IMG/VR virus record: IMGVR_UViG_3300017991_000122
Location: 1-59,694 of that record
Reading direction: 5' to 3' (one strand)
Length of the DNA: 59,694 nucleotides
Origin: a virus
Taxonomy: Duplodnaviria > Caudoviricetes
Shown here: positions 42,677-52,362 of the stretch, one piece after another
Layout of the letters: each line of letters opens with the position of its first letter
Position numbering within the stretch: position 1 is the stretch's first letter
Position numbers and translations under genes: made by a program
The notes under the pieces: model-generated
Databases searched by the model: none
Seen by the model: only the letters and a program-made list of their open reading frames with translations
Told to the model about the DNA's origin: nothing

Positions 42677-44070
42677 CAGCCTGCCTTGGCCTCCGCCGTG
42701 CTCGAGTTCTGGTCCTCGGGTTCAGGGTCCTCGTTGCCCACGTTGCCCTTCGCCTTCTCGACCGCGTCGGCAGGCGACCACTTGTTGCCCGAGTCATACG
42801 CCACGACGCGGGTCGTGTAGCCGCCCGAGCCCAGCACGTGCGTGACCGAGTCCACGAAGTAGTTGTGGTCGAACCGCTTCCCGAGGCCGAGCAGACGGAC
42901 CATCAAACCCGGCTTCATGTCAGGGATACCGATGGTCTCCACCTCGATGCGACTGCCCAGGTTGCCGTTCAAACCCGCTCGCCACGAGGAGTTTACGCCC
43001 TGCGACACTTCCTTGGTCACCTGGTCGTGGAAGGCTGGCTCCATCCCGTCTCCCGTCTCCTCGTCCACGGGGTTCAGGTCAGTCGAAGCCAACGCGGCCG
43101 CGCCCGTCACGTTGGGAGGGGACTGCCCCTCCTTGCCGTCGCCGAAGACCTTCTTCTCGACCTCACCGTCCTTGTCCTTGATGCCTTGGACGAAGATGCC
43201 CCGCACCGCTGCCGGCATCCACATGGCCTTCGTCGGACAGTTGAAGCTGAGCAGAGGGTAGACACCCGAAGCTGGACCAATGCCCGCCTTGGGGTTCGTC
43301 AGGAGCCACTTCAGTGTCTCGGCGTTGTGCGGGTTGGGGTAGAGCCAGAGCACGTGCAGAGGCTTCTCCTCGATGGCGCCGTCGTAGTCGAGGAGCGTGA
43401 TCTCCATGCCCTGCGGAGTCTCGACCGTGACGATGTAGCTCTGACACTCCTTCGCCAGAGCTTGAGCAGCCTTCCACATGGTCTTGTAGGAAGGAGAATA
43501 GACAATCTCTTCCTGCCATAGCTTGTCGGCGGGACCTCCGGACTTGACGTTGTAGTTGAGGAAGTAGCCGCTGTACTCGAGGTTGTTGATCACCTTCTTC
43601 ATCGGCTCGAGGATCTGCTTGAACACCTCCAGCCGAGTACCCTTGTAGAAGCCCGACCGCTGCGCCCGACTGCTCACCCAGTCCATCGCACCCTTCGCAT
43701 TGAGGGTGATGGTGACGTCGGGGCCGATGGCGACGTCGGGAGCGAAGAGCATCCCGCCGTAGACTGGGGACCGCAAGACGGTGCCCTTGTCTCCCACCAC
43801 GTACCCGAAGGACACTTCGAGGAAGGCCCGCAGAAACGAGATGCGGTCCTCGTCCAAGAACTGCAAGGCGTCGAGATAGGGCATGCTGAGCGTGGCCGTG
43901 ATGGTATTGACCTGCCCCAACTTCTGCTCGATCGTCACCTCTTGCACGACGGCGAGCGGAGGAAGGTCGGGCTGGTCGTGCGTGAGCCAGAGAGGAATCC
44001 TCTCCCCGTCCTTGTTCTGGATGACCAAGGAGAAGAACGGATTCAGCAGGTTCGAGGCCACACCGGGCAC
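42676..44070 (-). CDS. Baseplate hub (gp27/P2 gpD-like)
   Basis: C-terminal ETIGIPDMKPG..GLGKRFDHNYFVDSVTHVLGSGGYTT. Confidence 0.85.
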   Translation of the reverse strand: MPGVASNLLNPFFSLVIQNKDGERIPLWLTHDQPDLPPLAVVQEVTIEQKLGQVNTITATLSMPYLDALQFLDEDRISFLRAFLEVSFGYVVGDKGTVLRSPVYGGMLFAPDVAIGPDVTITLNAKGAMDWVSSRAQRSGFYKGTRLEVFKQILEPMKKVINNLEYSGYFLNYNVKSGGPADKLWQEEIVYSPSYKTMWKAAQALAKECQSYIVTVETPQGMEITLLDYDGAIEEKPLHVLWLYPNPHNAETLKWLLTNPKAGIGPASGVYPLLSFNCPTKAMWMPAAVRGIFVQGIKDKDGEVEKKVFGDGKEGQSPPNVTGAAALASTDLNPVDEETGDGMEPAFHDQVTKEVSQGVNSSWRAGLNGNLGSRIEVETIGIPDMKPGLMVRLLGLGKRFDHNYFVDSVTHVLGSGGYTTRVVAYDSGNKWSPADAVEKAKGNVGNEDPEPEDQNSSTAEAKAG

Positions 44071-44384
44071 TAGAAGACCGCCTTCTTGAAGAGGATCTGG
44101 TTGACGTAGTTGGGCGAGGGGATGCGGAGGATGTCGCCAACGCTCAAGTCAGTCGGAACGAGCTCGATGTCGTTCGCTACCGCGATGACCCACCAAAGGA
44201 CCGGGTCGCCGTAGAAGCGGTGGGCCAGAAGGTCGATGCGGTCGCCGTCCATGACCTGGTGATACTGGTCGTCGAGCTGGATCGGGACCTCGGGGAGCTC
44301 GGGCAGATCCCAGAACTCGAACCCGTCGATCGTGATCAGATCGTAGAAGCGCATCCGGCTGTTGCTCTTGACCTTGACTGCCAT
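44070..44384 (-). CDS. LysM/tail protein X (gp53-like)
   Basis: GDRIDLLAHRFYGDPVLWWVIAVAN..LRIP. Confidence 0.9.
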   Translation of the reverse strand: MAVKVKSNSRMRFYDLITIDGFEFWDLPELPEVPIQLDDQYHQVMDGDRIDLLAHRFYGDPVLWWVIAVANDIELVPTDLSVGDILRIPSPNYVNQILFKKAVF

Positions 44385-44387
44385 ACT

Positions 44388-47300
44388 TTACCCTGCCGGT
44401 TCGCCCGAGGAGGTAGTTTGACCTCCGAGAGGTTGACCATTCAGCATTCGCTCCTGCCCACGCAAAATCTCTTTGACGGTCGCAGCCGCGCCTCCCATCG
44501 AAGGACCCTTGTTCCGTGCCGACGCGATCTCAGACTTGAGTGTGAGGGTCGCCGAAATGAGGGCGTCCATTTTCGCGATGAACAGGGCTTGGTAGCCGCT
44601 GCTCGGCTCTCGGTACCAGTCTGGGTTGTTGACTGCGTACTCCAACCTCTCGAGCCCCGCTGGAAGTGCAGGCAGTTCGGTTCGAGGCCCCTCTTCCCGA
44701 TCCAGATCCTCCTTCGCTGCCGCCGCAGCCACGCGAGAAGCCTCGACTGCTCGGAAACCGGCACTGATCTTATCCAGATCTCGCTTCACATCAGCCACGG
44801 ACTTCGCCAAGGCTCCCGTTACCGCATCCGTCATGCCAGCAATGCCGAGGAATGTTGCGCTGAAGAGTCGAGAGATGTTGAGCAGGAACTGACGGAACAT
44901 CTTCTCTTGGTCGATGACGAATTTCTTCGTCGCGTCGATCGCCTTCTTGAACGCGTCGGTGAACGCCTTGTTGATGCCCTTGACGACGGCCGCGTGGAAG
45001 TCCTTCTCGAGGAACTCCGTGATCTTGTTCGCGCCGGCTTGCAGTGCCTCGACGGAGGCGTTGAGATCCTTCTCGATGTCCGTGTGGATGGAGTGCCGGA
45101 ACAGCTTGTCGACCCACTCGTCGATACCGTCGAAGAACTTGTCGACGTCCTTGTGGGCACCACCGAAGAAGTTCTTGATCTGGTTGATGGAGAACTCGAC
45201 CGCCTTCCAGATGGCCGTGAAGGTGTCTTGGAAGAACTGCTTGACCTTGTCCCACACCGGCTTGATGTGCAGGGTCCAGAGCTGGACCATCGCGTCCTTG
45301 ATCTTCGTGATGTACGGCCCGATGAGGGTCCATGTCGCCTCGAAAACACCTCGGAAGAATTCGGCCACCTTGTTCCATACGGGCTTGATGTAGAGCTCCC
45401 ACACCCCGATGACGAATTCCTTGACCTTGGTGAAGATGGCCGTGACGACGGTCTGCACAGCGGTGAAGATGAACGTGAAGACCGCGACGGCCGTCTCCCA
45501 CTTCATCTTGATCTGGTCCCACACCATGAGCGCGATGCCCTTGAGGATCTTGAACGCGACCCCGAGCACCCGCTGCACGACGTGAGCCACGAGCTTGAAC
45601 GTCTCCCAGACGACCGTCACCACCTTCGTGATGAGGCTGAACTGGGTCTTCGCCACCTTCGCGAGGAAGGAGAAGGCCGGCGCGAGCGTGTCCCAGATGG
45701 TCTTCCCGACCTTGATGGTGACGAGCACGAGGTCCGAGAACTCGTCGATGAGGAAGTCGATGGTCTTCATGAACCCGCTCGACTTCGCGTCGTCCGTGCT
45801 CTTGCCGAAGACCGCGTCCCACCCCTTCTTCAGCCACTCGAACACCTTACCGAGCGCCTTGATGCCCGTGTCTAGGATGGTCTGCCACAGGCCCATCGAC
45901 TTCTTGAGCAACGTCGAAACGGAGTCGAACGCCGGCCCGATGTACTTGGCGAGCTTGGGGAACTTCTGCATCAGGAAGTCCCGAATGCCCTCCCAGATGC
46001 CGGTGATGACGTCCACGAGCAGATCTTGGATGCCGAACAGCAGCTTCTTGAGCCCGTTGAGCACCGTGGGGATGGCGCCGAGGATGATGCCGGGCAGCCT
46101 CGTGTAGATGAATTTGCCGAGGTTGAGCATCCCCTCGAGGATGACCGGGACGAGCCCCTTCAGGAAAACCTTGAGCTTGGGCCCGAGGTCTTTCAACGCG
46201 TCGCCGACCTTGCCAGGAAGCGTCTTCAGGACGCCGAGAATGATGCCTACGCCCTTCTCGAGGAACTCGGGCAGCTTCTTGTAGTACTGCTCGAGCAACG
46301 GCAGGAGCCCCTGAAGAATCGTCGGCACGAGCTTCAGCACCTTCTCGACCAAACCGCCCACGAAGTTGCCGAGGTCCATCTTCGCGAGGAACCCCAGCGC
46401 CGCCTCCACGAGAGCGAAGAACGCTTTGCCTAGGAGCTGCACGCGCGCCATCAGGAACCCGACGATGATGTTGAGCAGCTTCCCGATGCGGTCGCCCCCG
46501 AGCCCCTTCAGGACCGTCTCTATCGCGCCGAAGATGGCGTTGAAGATCTTGTCGAAGGGAATCTTGCCCGCGAGTCCCATCAGGCCCGTCATGGCCCCCT
46601 GTAGCCCGTCCAAGAGCATGTCCAGGGTGGCTCCCCAGTCCATCTTCCCCATGGCAGCCTTGAGGCCACCAACGATCGAAGTGAAGACCGTCTTCAGGTT
46701 CTCGACGATCTTGCCGACGCGACTCGGATCCTTCGCCTCCTGCTCCATCCCGCCGAACATCCCACCGAGGAGCTCGCCCGCCACGGACCGCAGGACGCTC
46801 GAGACGGTCTTGATCGCGGAGCCGATCCTCTTGAAAACTCCTTCGAAGAACGCCTTCCAGTCCACCTTGGCCGCGAAGTCAGCCATCCGGTCGGTGATGC
46901 TCACGAGCGCGTTGAGCGCCGCATCGATCGCCTTGCCCACCACGTTCTCGAGCCACGCCGCGCCGTTCACGAGCTTCTCCGTGAACTTGTCCCACGCGTC
47001 TGCCCAGTTGTCCGTCTCCATCCGAGCTGCGATGAGCTGCGCGGAGAGCAGACCGATGCCGGCCACGAGACCACCGATGAGGATGCCGACCGGGCCGAAC
47101 AGGAAGATGAGCCCACCGAGCGCCGCGATGATGGGAGTGAGGTTCTCGAGGATGACCCCGAGCATCGTGCCCATCGGCCTGAGAGTTTTCGGTAGGAGGG
47201 CCATGGCGCCGATGGAGTGCATGTCGGCCATGAGCTCGACCATGTCTCCCATCGGGCCGCCCTTCTTCACGACCCCCCGGAGCGTCTTGGAGAACTCACC

Positions 47301-49127
47301 GAACTGCTTGACGGAGTCCTTCACGAACGACTCTCGAGCCTTGCCCAGCGAACGGAAGGACGCGATCATGCCGTCCTTCGCCAGGTCGAACGACTCCTGC
47401 AACGTGCGGCCAGTGCTGTGACCCTCCCTCGCCATCTTACCCAGGTCCACGGTCGCACCGCTGACCGTCTCCATGGTCTTGACCGTCTCGTCGTTGGCCG
47501 TGCGCAGGAAGTTGACCAGGGTCGCAGCCTGCTGCGCCCCCATGGTCTCGGTCAGGCGAGCTCGCACGAACTCGAGGAACCCGGCCATGTCGCCGCCCGA
47601 TGACTTCACCTGAACGGCCATCTGAGCGAGCCCCTTGACCATTCCGGCCGGGCCCTGCTTGATCAGGTCCATCGACTTGTTGACGTCGCCAGACATGATC
47701 GCAAACTCTTTCATGAACTGGGGGATGTCGTCGCCCACCCCTGAGAACAGTCCCACGAAGCTCTCCTGCGCGGCCGTGGTGGCTTCGGCCAGCGAGATGC
47801 TCATCTCGCGCGCCTTGTCCGCGTCGCCCGTCATCGTGAACAAGCCAGCCGACAAGGAAGCGGTCTGCGCGGCGAAGTCTGCGAGCTCTTCGGGGGACAG
47901 GTTCTTCTCCATCAAAGCCGCGCGCCGAGAGATGAGCTCCATCATCTGCGGAAGCTGGTTCATCGCCGCCGAGACGTCCCCAGTCTCCTGCCCCATCTTC
48001 ACGAAAGTACTGGTGACCCGACTGAGATCCTCGTCGGTCATGCTGAATTCGGTCCGCATCCGCTTCATCTGGTGAGCGAACACCTTGCCGTTGATGCCCG
48101 TGACATCCGAGAGTTTGGCAAGGTCGGAAGCGGTCCGGATACCCACGGCGCCGAGCTCCGACGTCGCGGTCTTGAACCCGACGATGGCAGCCGTAGCGGT
48201 CTCGGCTCCGATGTTGAGCCCGATCGACATGCCTGCCGCCTGACTCGAAACGTTGCGTAGCTCCTTGCCTGTCAGGCCGAGGTTGAACGCCGTCGCTCGA
48301 GCAGACTTGGCCGCTGCCGCGCCCTGGGCTTCCAGCCCGGTCGTCAGGTTGAGGCTCGATCCGGTGAGGTTCTGGATACCGCTCGAGATGTTGCCGAGCT
48401 TCGCCAGTGAGATGCTCTCGATGAACCCGCGCAGCTTGTTGACGTTGAGGATCTGGTCGAGCTTGCCCACCACCTCCTTGATGGAACCGAAGCCTTCCGA
48501 GATCTTCTCCTGACTGGACCCGATGTCCGCTGCCTTCTTGCCGAAGAAGAATGCCGCCTTCTTGAGCGTATCGAAGACGGACCTAGTGAGATCCTTCCTG
48601 AACCCTGCGGACGCCTCCTTGAGCCCTTGTAGCCGCTCGGTGAAGGGTCTGGCAGCCTCGGCCACCCTCTTGAAGATGGGCGTCACCTTGCTGGTGATGG
48701 GTTCGGCTGCTGCGACGATGCTCTTGAAGCGGTCCCCCAGGCCCGTGACCTTGTCGGTCACGCCCTTGATGCTCTCGCCGAAGGTCCCTTCGAACGTGGC
48801 CTTGACGACCTCGCCGCCCTTCTTGACCGCGTCGGTGATGGGAGTGAGGACGCTGCCGATCTGTTTGAACGAGTCTACGACGTCGTCCACCTTGTCAGCG
48901 ACGCCTTGACTCCAGATGGCGACTCGGCCTTCTTGCCGAGCGAGAACCTGGTCCACCGCGTCGAGGGATTTCTCGACCTGGGAGAACGCTGGCTGGGACT
49001 TCTCGTGAACGGAAGCGATGCCCTCGCTTACCTTGAAGAAGTTGGAAGCGATCTTCTCCTGCGTCTTTTCAAGGCCGATGTCCTTCGCCCCGAAGGAGAA
49101 GCCCAAGCCTAGAAAATTCAACGCCAC
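44388..49127 (-). CDS. Tape measure protein
   Basis: 1579 aa, helical, periodic W/F repeats, downstream of the chaperone. Confidence 0.92.
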   Translation of the reverse strand: MALNFLGLGFSFGAKDIGLEKTQEKIASNFFKVSEGIASVHEKSQPAFSQVEKSLDAVDQVLARQEGRVAIWSQGVADKVDDVVDSFKQIGSVLTPITDAVKKGGEVVKATFEGTFGESIKGVTDKVTGLGDRFKSIVAAAEPITSKVTPIFKRVAEAARPFTERLQGLKEASAGFRKDLTRSVFDTLKKAAFFFGKKAADIGSSQEKISEGFGSIKEVVGKLDQILNVNKLRGFIESISLAKLGNISSGIQNLTGSSLNLTTGLEAQGAAAAKSARATAFNLGLTGKELRNVSSQAAGMSIGLNIGAETATAAIVGFKTATSELGAVGIRTASDLAKLSDVTGINGKVFAHQMKRMRTEFSMTDEDLSRVTSTFVKMGQETGDVSAAMNQLPQMMELISRRAALMEKNLSPEELADFAAQTASLSAGLFTMTGDADKAREMSISLAEATTAAQESFVGLFSGVGDDIPQFMKEFAIMSGDVNKSMDLIKQGPAGMVKGLAQMAVQVKSSGGDMAGFLEFVRARLTETMGAQQAATLVNFLRTANDETVKTMETVSGATVDLGKMAREGHSTGRTLQESFDLAKDGMIASFRSLGKARESFVKDSVKQFGEFSKTLRGVVKKGGPMGDMVELMADMHSIGAMALLPKTLRPMGTMLGVILENLTPIIAALGGLIFLFGPVGILIGGLVAGIGLLSAQLIAARMETDNWADAWDKFTEKLVNGAAWLENVVGKAIDAALNALVSITDRMADFAAKVDWKAFFEGVFKRIGSAIKTVSSVLRSVAGELLGGMFGGMEQEAKDPSRVGKIVENLKTVFTSIVGGLKAAMGKMDWGATLDMLLDGLQGAMTGLMGLAGKIPFDKIFNAIFGAIETVLKGLGGDRIGKLLNIIVGFLMARVQLLGKAFFALVEAALGFLAKMDLGNFVGGLVEKVLKLVPTILQGLLPLLEQYYKKLPEFLEKGVGIILGVLKTLPGKVGDALKDLGPKLKVFLKGLVPVILEGMLNLGKFIYTRLPGIILGAIPTVLNGLKKLLFGIQDLLVDVITGIWEGIRDFLMQKFPKLAKYIGPAFDSVSTLLKKSMGLWQTILDTGIKALGKVFEWLKKGWDAVFGKSTDDAKSSGFMKTIDFLIDEFSDLVLVTIKVGKTIWDTLAPAFSFLAKVAKTQFSLITKVVTVVWETFKLVAHVVQRVLGVAFKILKGIALMVWDQIKMKWETAVAVFTFIFTAVQTVVTAIFTKVKEFVIGVWELYIKPVWNKVAEFFRGVFEATWTLIGPYITKIKDAMVQLWTLHIKPVWDKVKQFFQDTFTAIWKAVEFSINQIKNFFGGAHKDVDKFFDGIDEWVDKLFRHSIHTDIEKDLNASVEALQAGANKITEFLEKDFHAAVVKGINKAFTDAFKKAIDATKKFVIDQEKMFRQFLLNISRLFSATFLGIAGMTDAVTGALAKSVADVKRDLDKISAGFRAVEASRVAAAAAKEDLDREEGPRTELPALPAGLERLEYAVNNPDWYREPSSGYQALFIAKMDALISATLTLKSEIASARNKGPSMGGAAATVKEILRGQERMLNGQPLGGQTTSSGEPAG

Positions 49128-49142
49128 GAAGTGCCTCCATTT

Positions 49143-49158
49143 GCGACCACGTGGTCGC
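49143..49158. repeat. 16-bp palindrome, copy 2
   Basis: GCGACCACGTGGTCGC. Confidence 0.85.
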
Positions 49159-49161
49159 GTC

Positions 49162-49374
49162 TCAGATTCGACGAGACCGCACCGGAGCCTTGGGCCTCAT
49201 AGCCGCATTCTGCGACTTACTGCGCTTGTTCTCAAGCTCCGACTTGCGCTGGAGAAGCCTCCGTCTTCTCGTGATGGGCATCGACATGATCGATTCATAG
49301 GGCAGCTTCCACGCCTCTAGGGCATAGAAGATCTCGCTTTCGAGGTCTTCCGCATCGTGGACGGGAAGAAAAAA
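49162..49374 (-). CDS. -1 frameshift extension of the tail assembly chaperone (gpGT-like)
   Basis: Slippery T-TTT-TTC at 49368-49374; -1 frame LPVHDAEDLESEIFYALEAWKLPYESIMSMPITRRRRLL...RRI*. Confidence 0.8.
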   Translation of the reverse strand, partial: FFLPVHDAEDLESEIFYALEAWKLPYESIMSMPITRRRRLLQRKSELENKRSKSQNAAMRPKAPVRSRRI

Positions 49375-50147
49375 CCGGCCTGCCCAACGTCGAGATCACG
49401 CTCGAACTCGGCTCCGCACGAAGGACACTGCATATCGAGGGTCGTGTCCACTCCACCCTCGTGGTCGTCGAACGCTTCCCGAAGCGCGTTGCGGTCGCGC
49501 ATGCCCAGGGCTTGGACGGCGCCGAGCGTCGCGGGCTTCTCGCCGAGCATGTCGAGCCGAAGCAGGATGCTCATCGACATGGCCTCCTTCGCGTTCGACG
49601 CCTTCGACAGCTTCTCCTCGTCGTTGCCGGTGAGCGGATGGAACCGAGCCGTGAGGCCCGAGGGGAGTTTGACTTCGAACAGCCGCTTCCGGGGGTCCTT
49701 CATCGGCTTGATGTCGAGGTCCCCCAGGCTGAGCGAGAAGATGCCCGAGTAGCCGCACTCCGGGCACTTGTCGCGGAAGGGGTACTCGTCGCCGAGCGTC
49801 GTGCGCCGGATGGCGAACATCAGGAACACCCGGTCACCGACGAGCAACTCGCCGGCCACGGTCGCAACCCTCTCCGGGTCGGCGATGTTGCCCACTCGAG
49901 TCAGGCACGCGTCGATGAGGTTGCTGATCTTCTTCCACCCCGGCACGGCTTTGGAAGCCAGCATGTCTTCCTCATGGCCTGTGATCTCACGGACGTGCAC
50001 TTGCGTGTGGAGAACTCCTTCCGCGTCGAGGTAGCCGCAGGGGAGCTCGAAGGTCCCGTGCGTGCCTTGCGGCGTGTCGAGCTGCGCCTCTTGGATGGCG
50101 TTGAGGCGAGGGTCCTTCTCGACCGGGGGTAGTTTCTCGTCTGACAT
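49317..50147 (-). CDS. Tail/baseplate assembly chaperone (T4 gp26-like, CxxC x2)
   Basis: ELPCGY..EITGHEEDML..GDRVFLM..CPEC..CPSC..FFFP. Confidence 0.82.
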   Translation of the reverse strand: MSDEKLPPVEKDPRLNAIQEAQLDTPQGTHGTFELPCGYLDAEGVLHTQVHVREITGHEEDMLASKAVPGWKKISNLIDACLTRVGNIADPERVATVAGELLVGDRVFLMFAIRRTTLGDEYPFRDKCPECGYSGIFSLSLGDLDIKPMKDPRKRLFEVKLPSGLTARFHPLTGNDEEKLSKASNAKEAMSMSILLRLDMLGEKPATLGAVQALGMRDRNALREAFDDHEGGVDTTLDMQCPSCGAEFERDLDVGQAGFFFPSTMRKTSKARSSMP

Positions 50148-50148
50148 T

Positions 50149-50757
50149 TCAATCCTCCGTCTTGGTTCGAACGAGGGGCTCTGCCTCTTCCTCGTACATG
50201 CGAATGAGCGCCTTGAGAGCATCCGTCACCGTGATGCCGCGCGCGTTGACCACTTCCTTGAACGTCATGTAGATCTGCTTGTCCACCCAGACGTTGATCT
50301 TCACGTCGCTGCCCTTCTCCTGCCAAAGATCAAGATCGTCGAAGTGAGGGGTCTCGGCCTGCGCGACGTACTTGCTCATCAGGTACCGGACGAGACTACC
50401 CGTGCTCGAGAAGCCGTTGAGCTCCTTGATCCGCTTGTAGAGCCGCTGGCTCACCCAGAAGTTGACAGGGCGTTCGGCCGAACCGGTGGACCCCAGGCCC
50501 GCCACGTCAGACGCCATCTCGCACGCCCGGCACAGGACCGACGCGTTCTCCGTGGACAGCTTGCCGCCCACTTCGAAGGGTACGATAGGCTTCACCCTCA
50601 CCTTGTGGTCGCTCCCGCAATTCGAGCATCTGTCCTGGCAGCGCTCGAGCATGAACGTCTCCCACATCTTCTGCTTCTGCTCGTCCGTGAGAGACTCTGG
50701 ATCGATCCCTCGGAGAAACTCGGTGGGATCCAACAGGTCGGGCTTGGCGTCACTCAT
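50149..50757 (-). CDS. Degenerate HNH-like Zn finger fused to tandem RHH-like domains
   Basis: CSNCG..GG..ENASVLCRAC; repeated VNFWVS/INVWVD strand-helix-helix. Confidence 0.65.
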   Translation of the reverse strand: MSDAKPDLLDPTEFLRGIDPESLTDEQKQKMWETFMLERCQDRCSNCGSDHKVRVKPIVPFEVGGKLSTENASVLCRACEMASDVAGLGSTGSAERPVNFWVSQRLYKRIKELNGFSSTGSLVRYLMSKYVAQAETPHFDDLDLWQEKGSDVKINVWVDKQIYMTFKEVVNARGITVTDALKALIRMYEEEAEPLVRTKTED

Positions 50758-50767
50758 GACCTACACT

Positions 50768-50795
50768 TACCTCACTTGAGAGGTAGTCTCAACCA
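50768..50795 (-). promoter_or_regulatory. Repeated upstream motif, copy 2
   Basis: TGGTTGAGACTACCTCTCAAGTGAGGTA. Confidence 0.6.
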
Positions 50796-50820
50796 AAAGT
50801 ACGTCAGGTGTGATGTAGGG

Positions 50821-51024
50821 TCAGATTTTGGAGAGCTCGCGGCGCATCTCCCTGACGAGTCCAGGGAGCCGCTTCTTGCTCTTCTTGGGCTTGGGAGGGT
50901 CCTCGTCAGGGACGCTCGGGAAAACGTCCTTGAGGGGCTCCCCTGCGCCGAGGGGGACAGCAAACGCGCCGACGTTGCCGGTCGTGGTTTGCTCGAGCTC
51001 GTCTTCACGTCGCTTACCCGGCAA
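50821..51024 (-). CDS. Small hypothetical protein
   Basis: SD GGAGG plus TTG start; EQTTTGNVGAFAVPLG. Confidence 0.55.
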   Translation of the reverse strand: MPGKRREDELEQTTTGNVGAFAVPLGAGEPLKDVFPSVPDEDPPKPKKSKKRLPGLVREMRRELSKI

Positions 51025-51730
51025 GGGACACCTCCTCCCAAGTCTCAACCGCGAGGTCGAGCTCGGCCACATGGATCGCGCTGGACTGGGCATCGAAGTC
51101 CGACCCCGACTTGTACCGGACGGGGATGACGCCCTTGAGGATGTACGCCTTCGCCGGGATGCGAGCTGCAAACTCGAAGAGGCCGCCGCCCACGAGCCCC
51201 TGCTTGGCTACCGTCGTGGTCGCCAGGGTGGCTACCGTCGCGGCCGAGGCTCCCTCGAGCCCCGTCAAGCCAGCCGCGATCCCCACGTTAGTGAGGGTCT
51301 GGATGAACTCTCCGAACGGGGAGTCCCCGAACGTCAGACGCGAGAAGTACTGGATCAGGATCAGGTTCCTTCGGTACGTCGGGCCACCGATCTCGAACAG
51401 TGACAGGGGAATCTGACCGGGAGCCAGGGAGAAGCCGTCCGTGTTGCCGGTAATGGTTCCCAAGACCCAGTGCCAGAAGTCCGAGTTGTAGAAGGTCACG
51501 CCCTGCGAAAGCGTCAGAGTCGACGACGACGCACGCTTCACCACCTTGCGACTGAAGAGCCAGTTGCCCTCGTTGATGTCCTGAGTGTCGATGACGAACT
51601 CGGGAGCCGAGATGGAGGCGAAACCGTAGAAGGGATTGAGCAGAGGCCAGACGGCGCCGTCGAGGGGCCCCACATCCATCAACCAGAAGGGATAGACCTG
51701 AAGGTAGTCAGTGAGGGGTGACCGCGCCAC
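51014..51730 (-). CDS. Tail tube protein 2 (T4 gp19-like)
   Basis: DYLQVYPF..GFASISAPE..INEGN..DFDAQSSAIHVAELDLAVE. Confidence 0.85.
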   Translation of the reverse strand: MARSPLTDYLQVYPFWLMDVGPLDGAVWPLLNPFYGFASISAPEFVIDTQDINEGNWLFSRKVVKRASSSTLTLSQGVTFYNSDFWHWVLGTITGNTDGFSLAPGQIPLSLFEIGGPTYRRNLILIQYFSRLTFGDSPFGEFIQTLTNVGIAAGLTGLEGASAATVATLATTTVAKQGLVGGGLFEFAARIPAKAYILKGVIPVRYKSGSDFDAQSSAIHVAELDLAVETWEEVSLAG

Positions 51731-51736
51731 GGTGGA

Positions 51737-52309
51737 TCAGGTAGGAGCGATTTCTTCCACCGTGAAGAACTCGTACGCAACGTCGAGCTCCTGCACAGAG
51801 ATTTCGCTCGCGGTTGCGTCGAGGTCCGAAGCCACCTTGCAGCGGATCGGGAACGACTCACGCACGTGGTAGATGCGCGCCGGGTTGGTGTTGGTCAGAT
51901 CCACGTTCTGGATGTTGGGACCACCCGCGAACATCTCCCGACGATGGAAGTGCTTGATGTCGATGTCGCCTCGGTAGGAACCGGTGCCCGTGGGGTCGCC
52001 GCCTTCGACGGTGGCCTGCATCCACGAGAACAGGGAACTGTCGAGGCGCGCCACGCCTCGGGACATGGTGATGTCCGAGACGGAGGGGTTGCCGGGGTAC
52101 TTCCGGGGGTAGATGAAGTGCCCTTCCTTGTACTCCACCGCCTCGCTCGAGAGCTCGGGGGTCGTGCAAGCCGAGAAGCCCGCATGTGGGAGCCGAAGGT
52201 CGGCAGTGCCGCCCTGAAGGTATCCGGGGGAACCCCCACTCGGCGGGTCCACCATCTCGACGTGGAACCGCATCGAATGAAGGTAGTCACTGGTGATCGG
52301 TCGGACCAT
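51737..52309 (-). CDS. Tail tube protein 1 (T4 gp19-like)
   Basis: AGFSACT..VEYKEG..RKYPG..ITMSRG..DLDATASEISVQELDVAYE. Confidence 0.9.
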   Translation of the reverse strand: MVRPITSDYLHSMRFHVEMVDPPSGGSPGYLQGGTADLRLPHAGFSACTTPELSSEAVEYKEGHFIYPRKYPGNPSVSDITMSRGVARLDSSLFSWMQATVEGGDPTGTGSYRGDIDIKHFHRREMFAGGPNIQNVDLTNTNPARIYHVRESFPIRCKVASDLDATASEISVQELDVAYEFFTVEEIAPT

Positions 52310-52362
52310 TGCGTTCTCCTTACCTCGATACTACCGTAACCCCGGTTCCACGTCCAAGCGAA

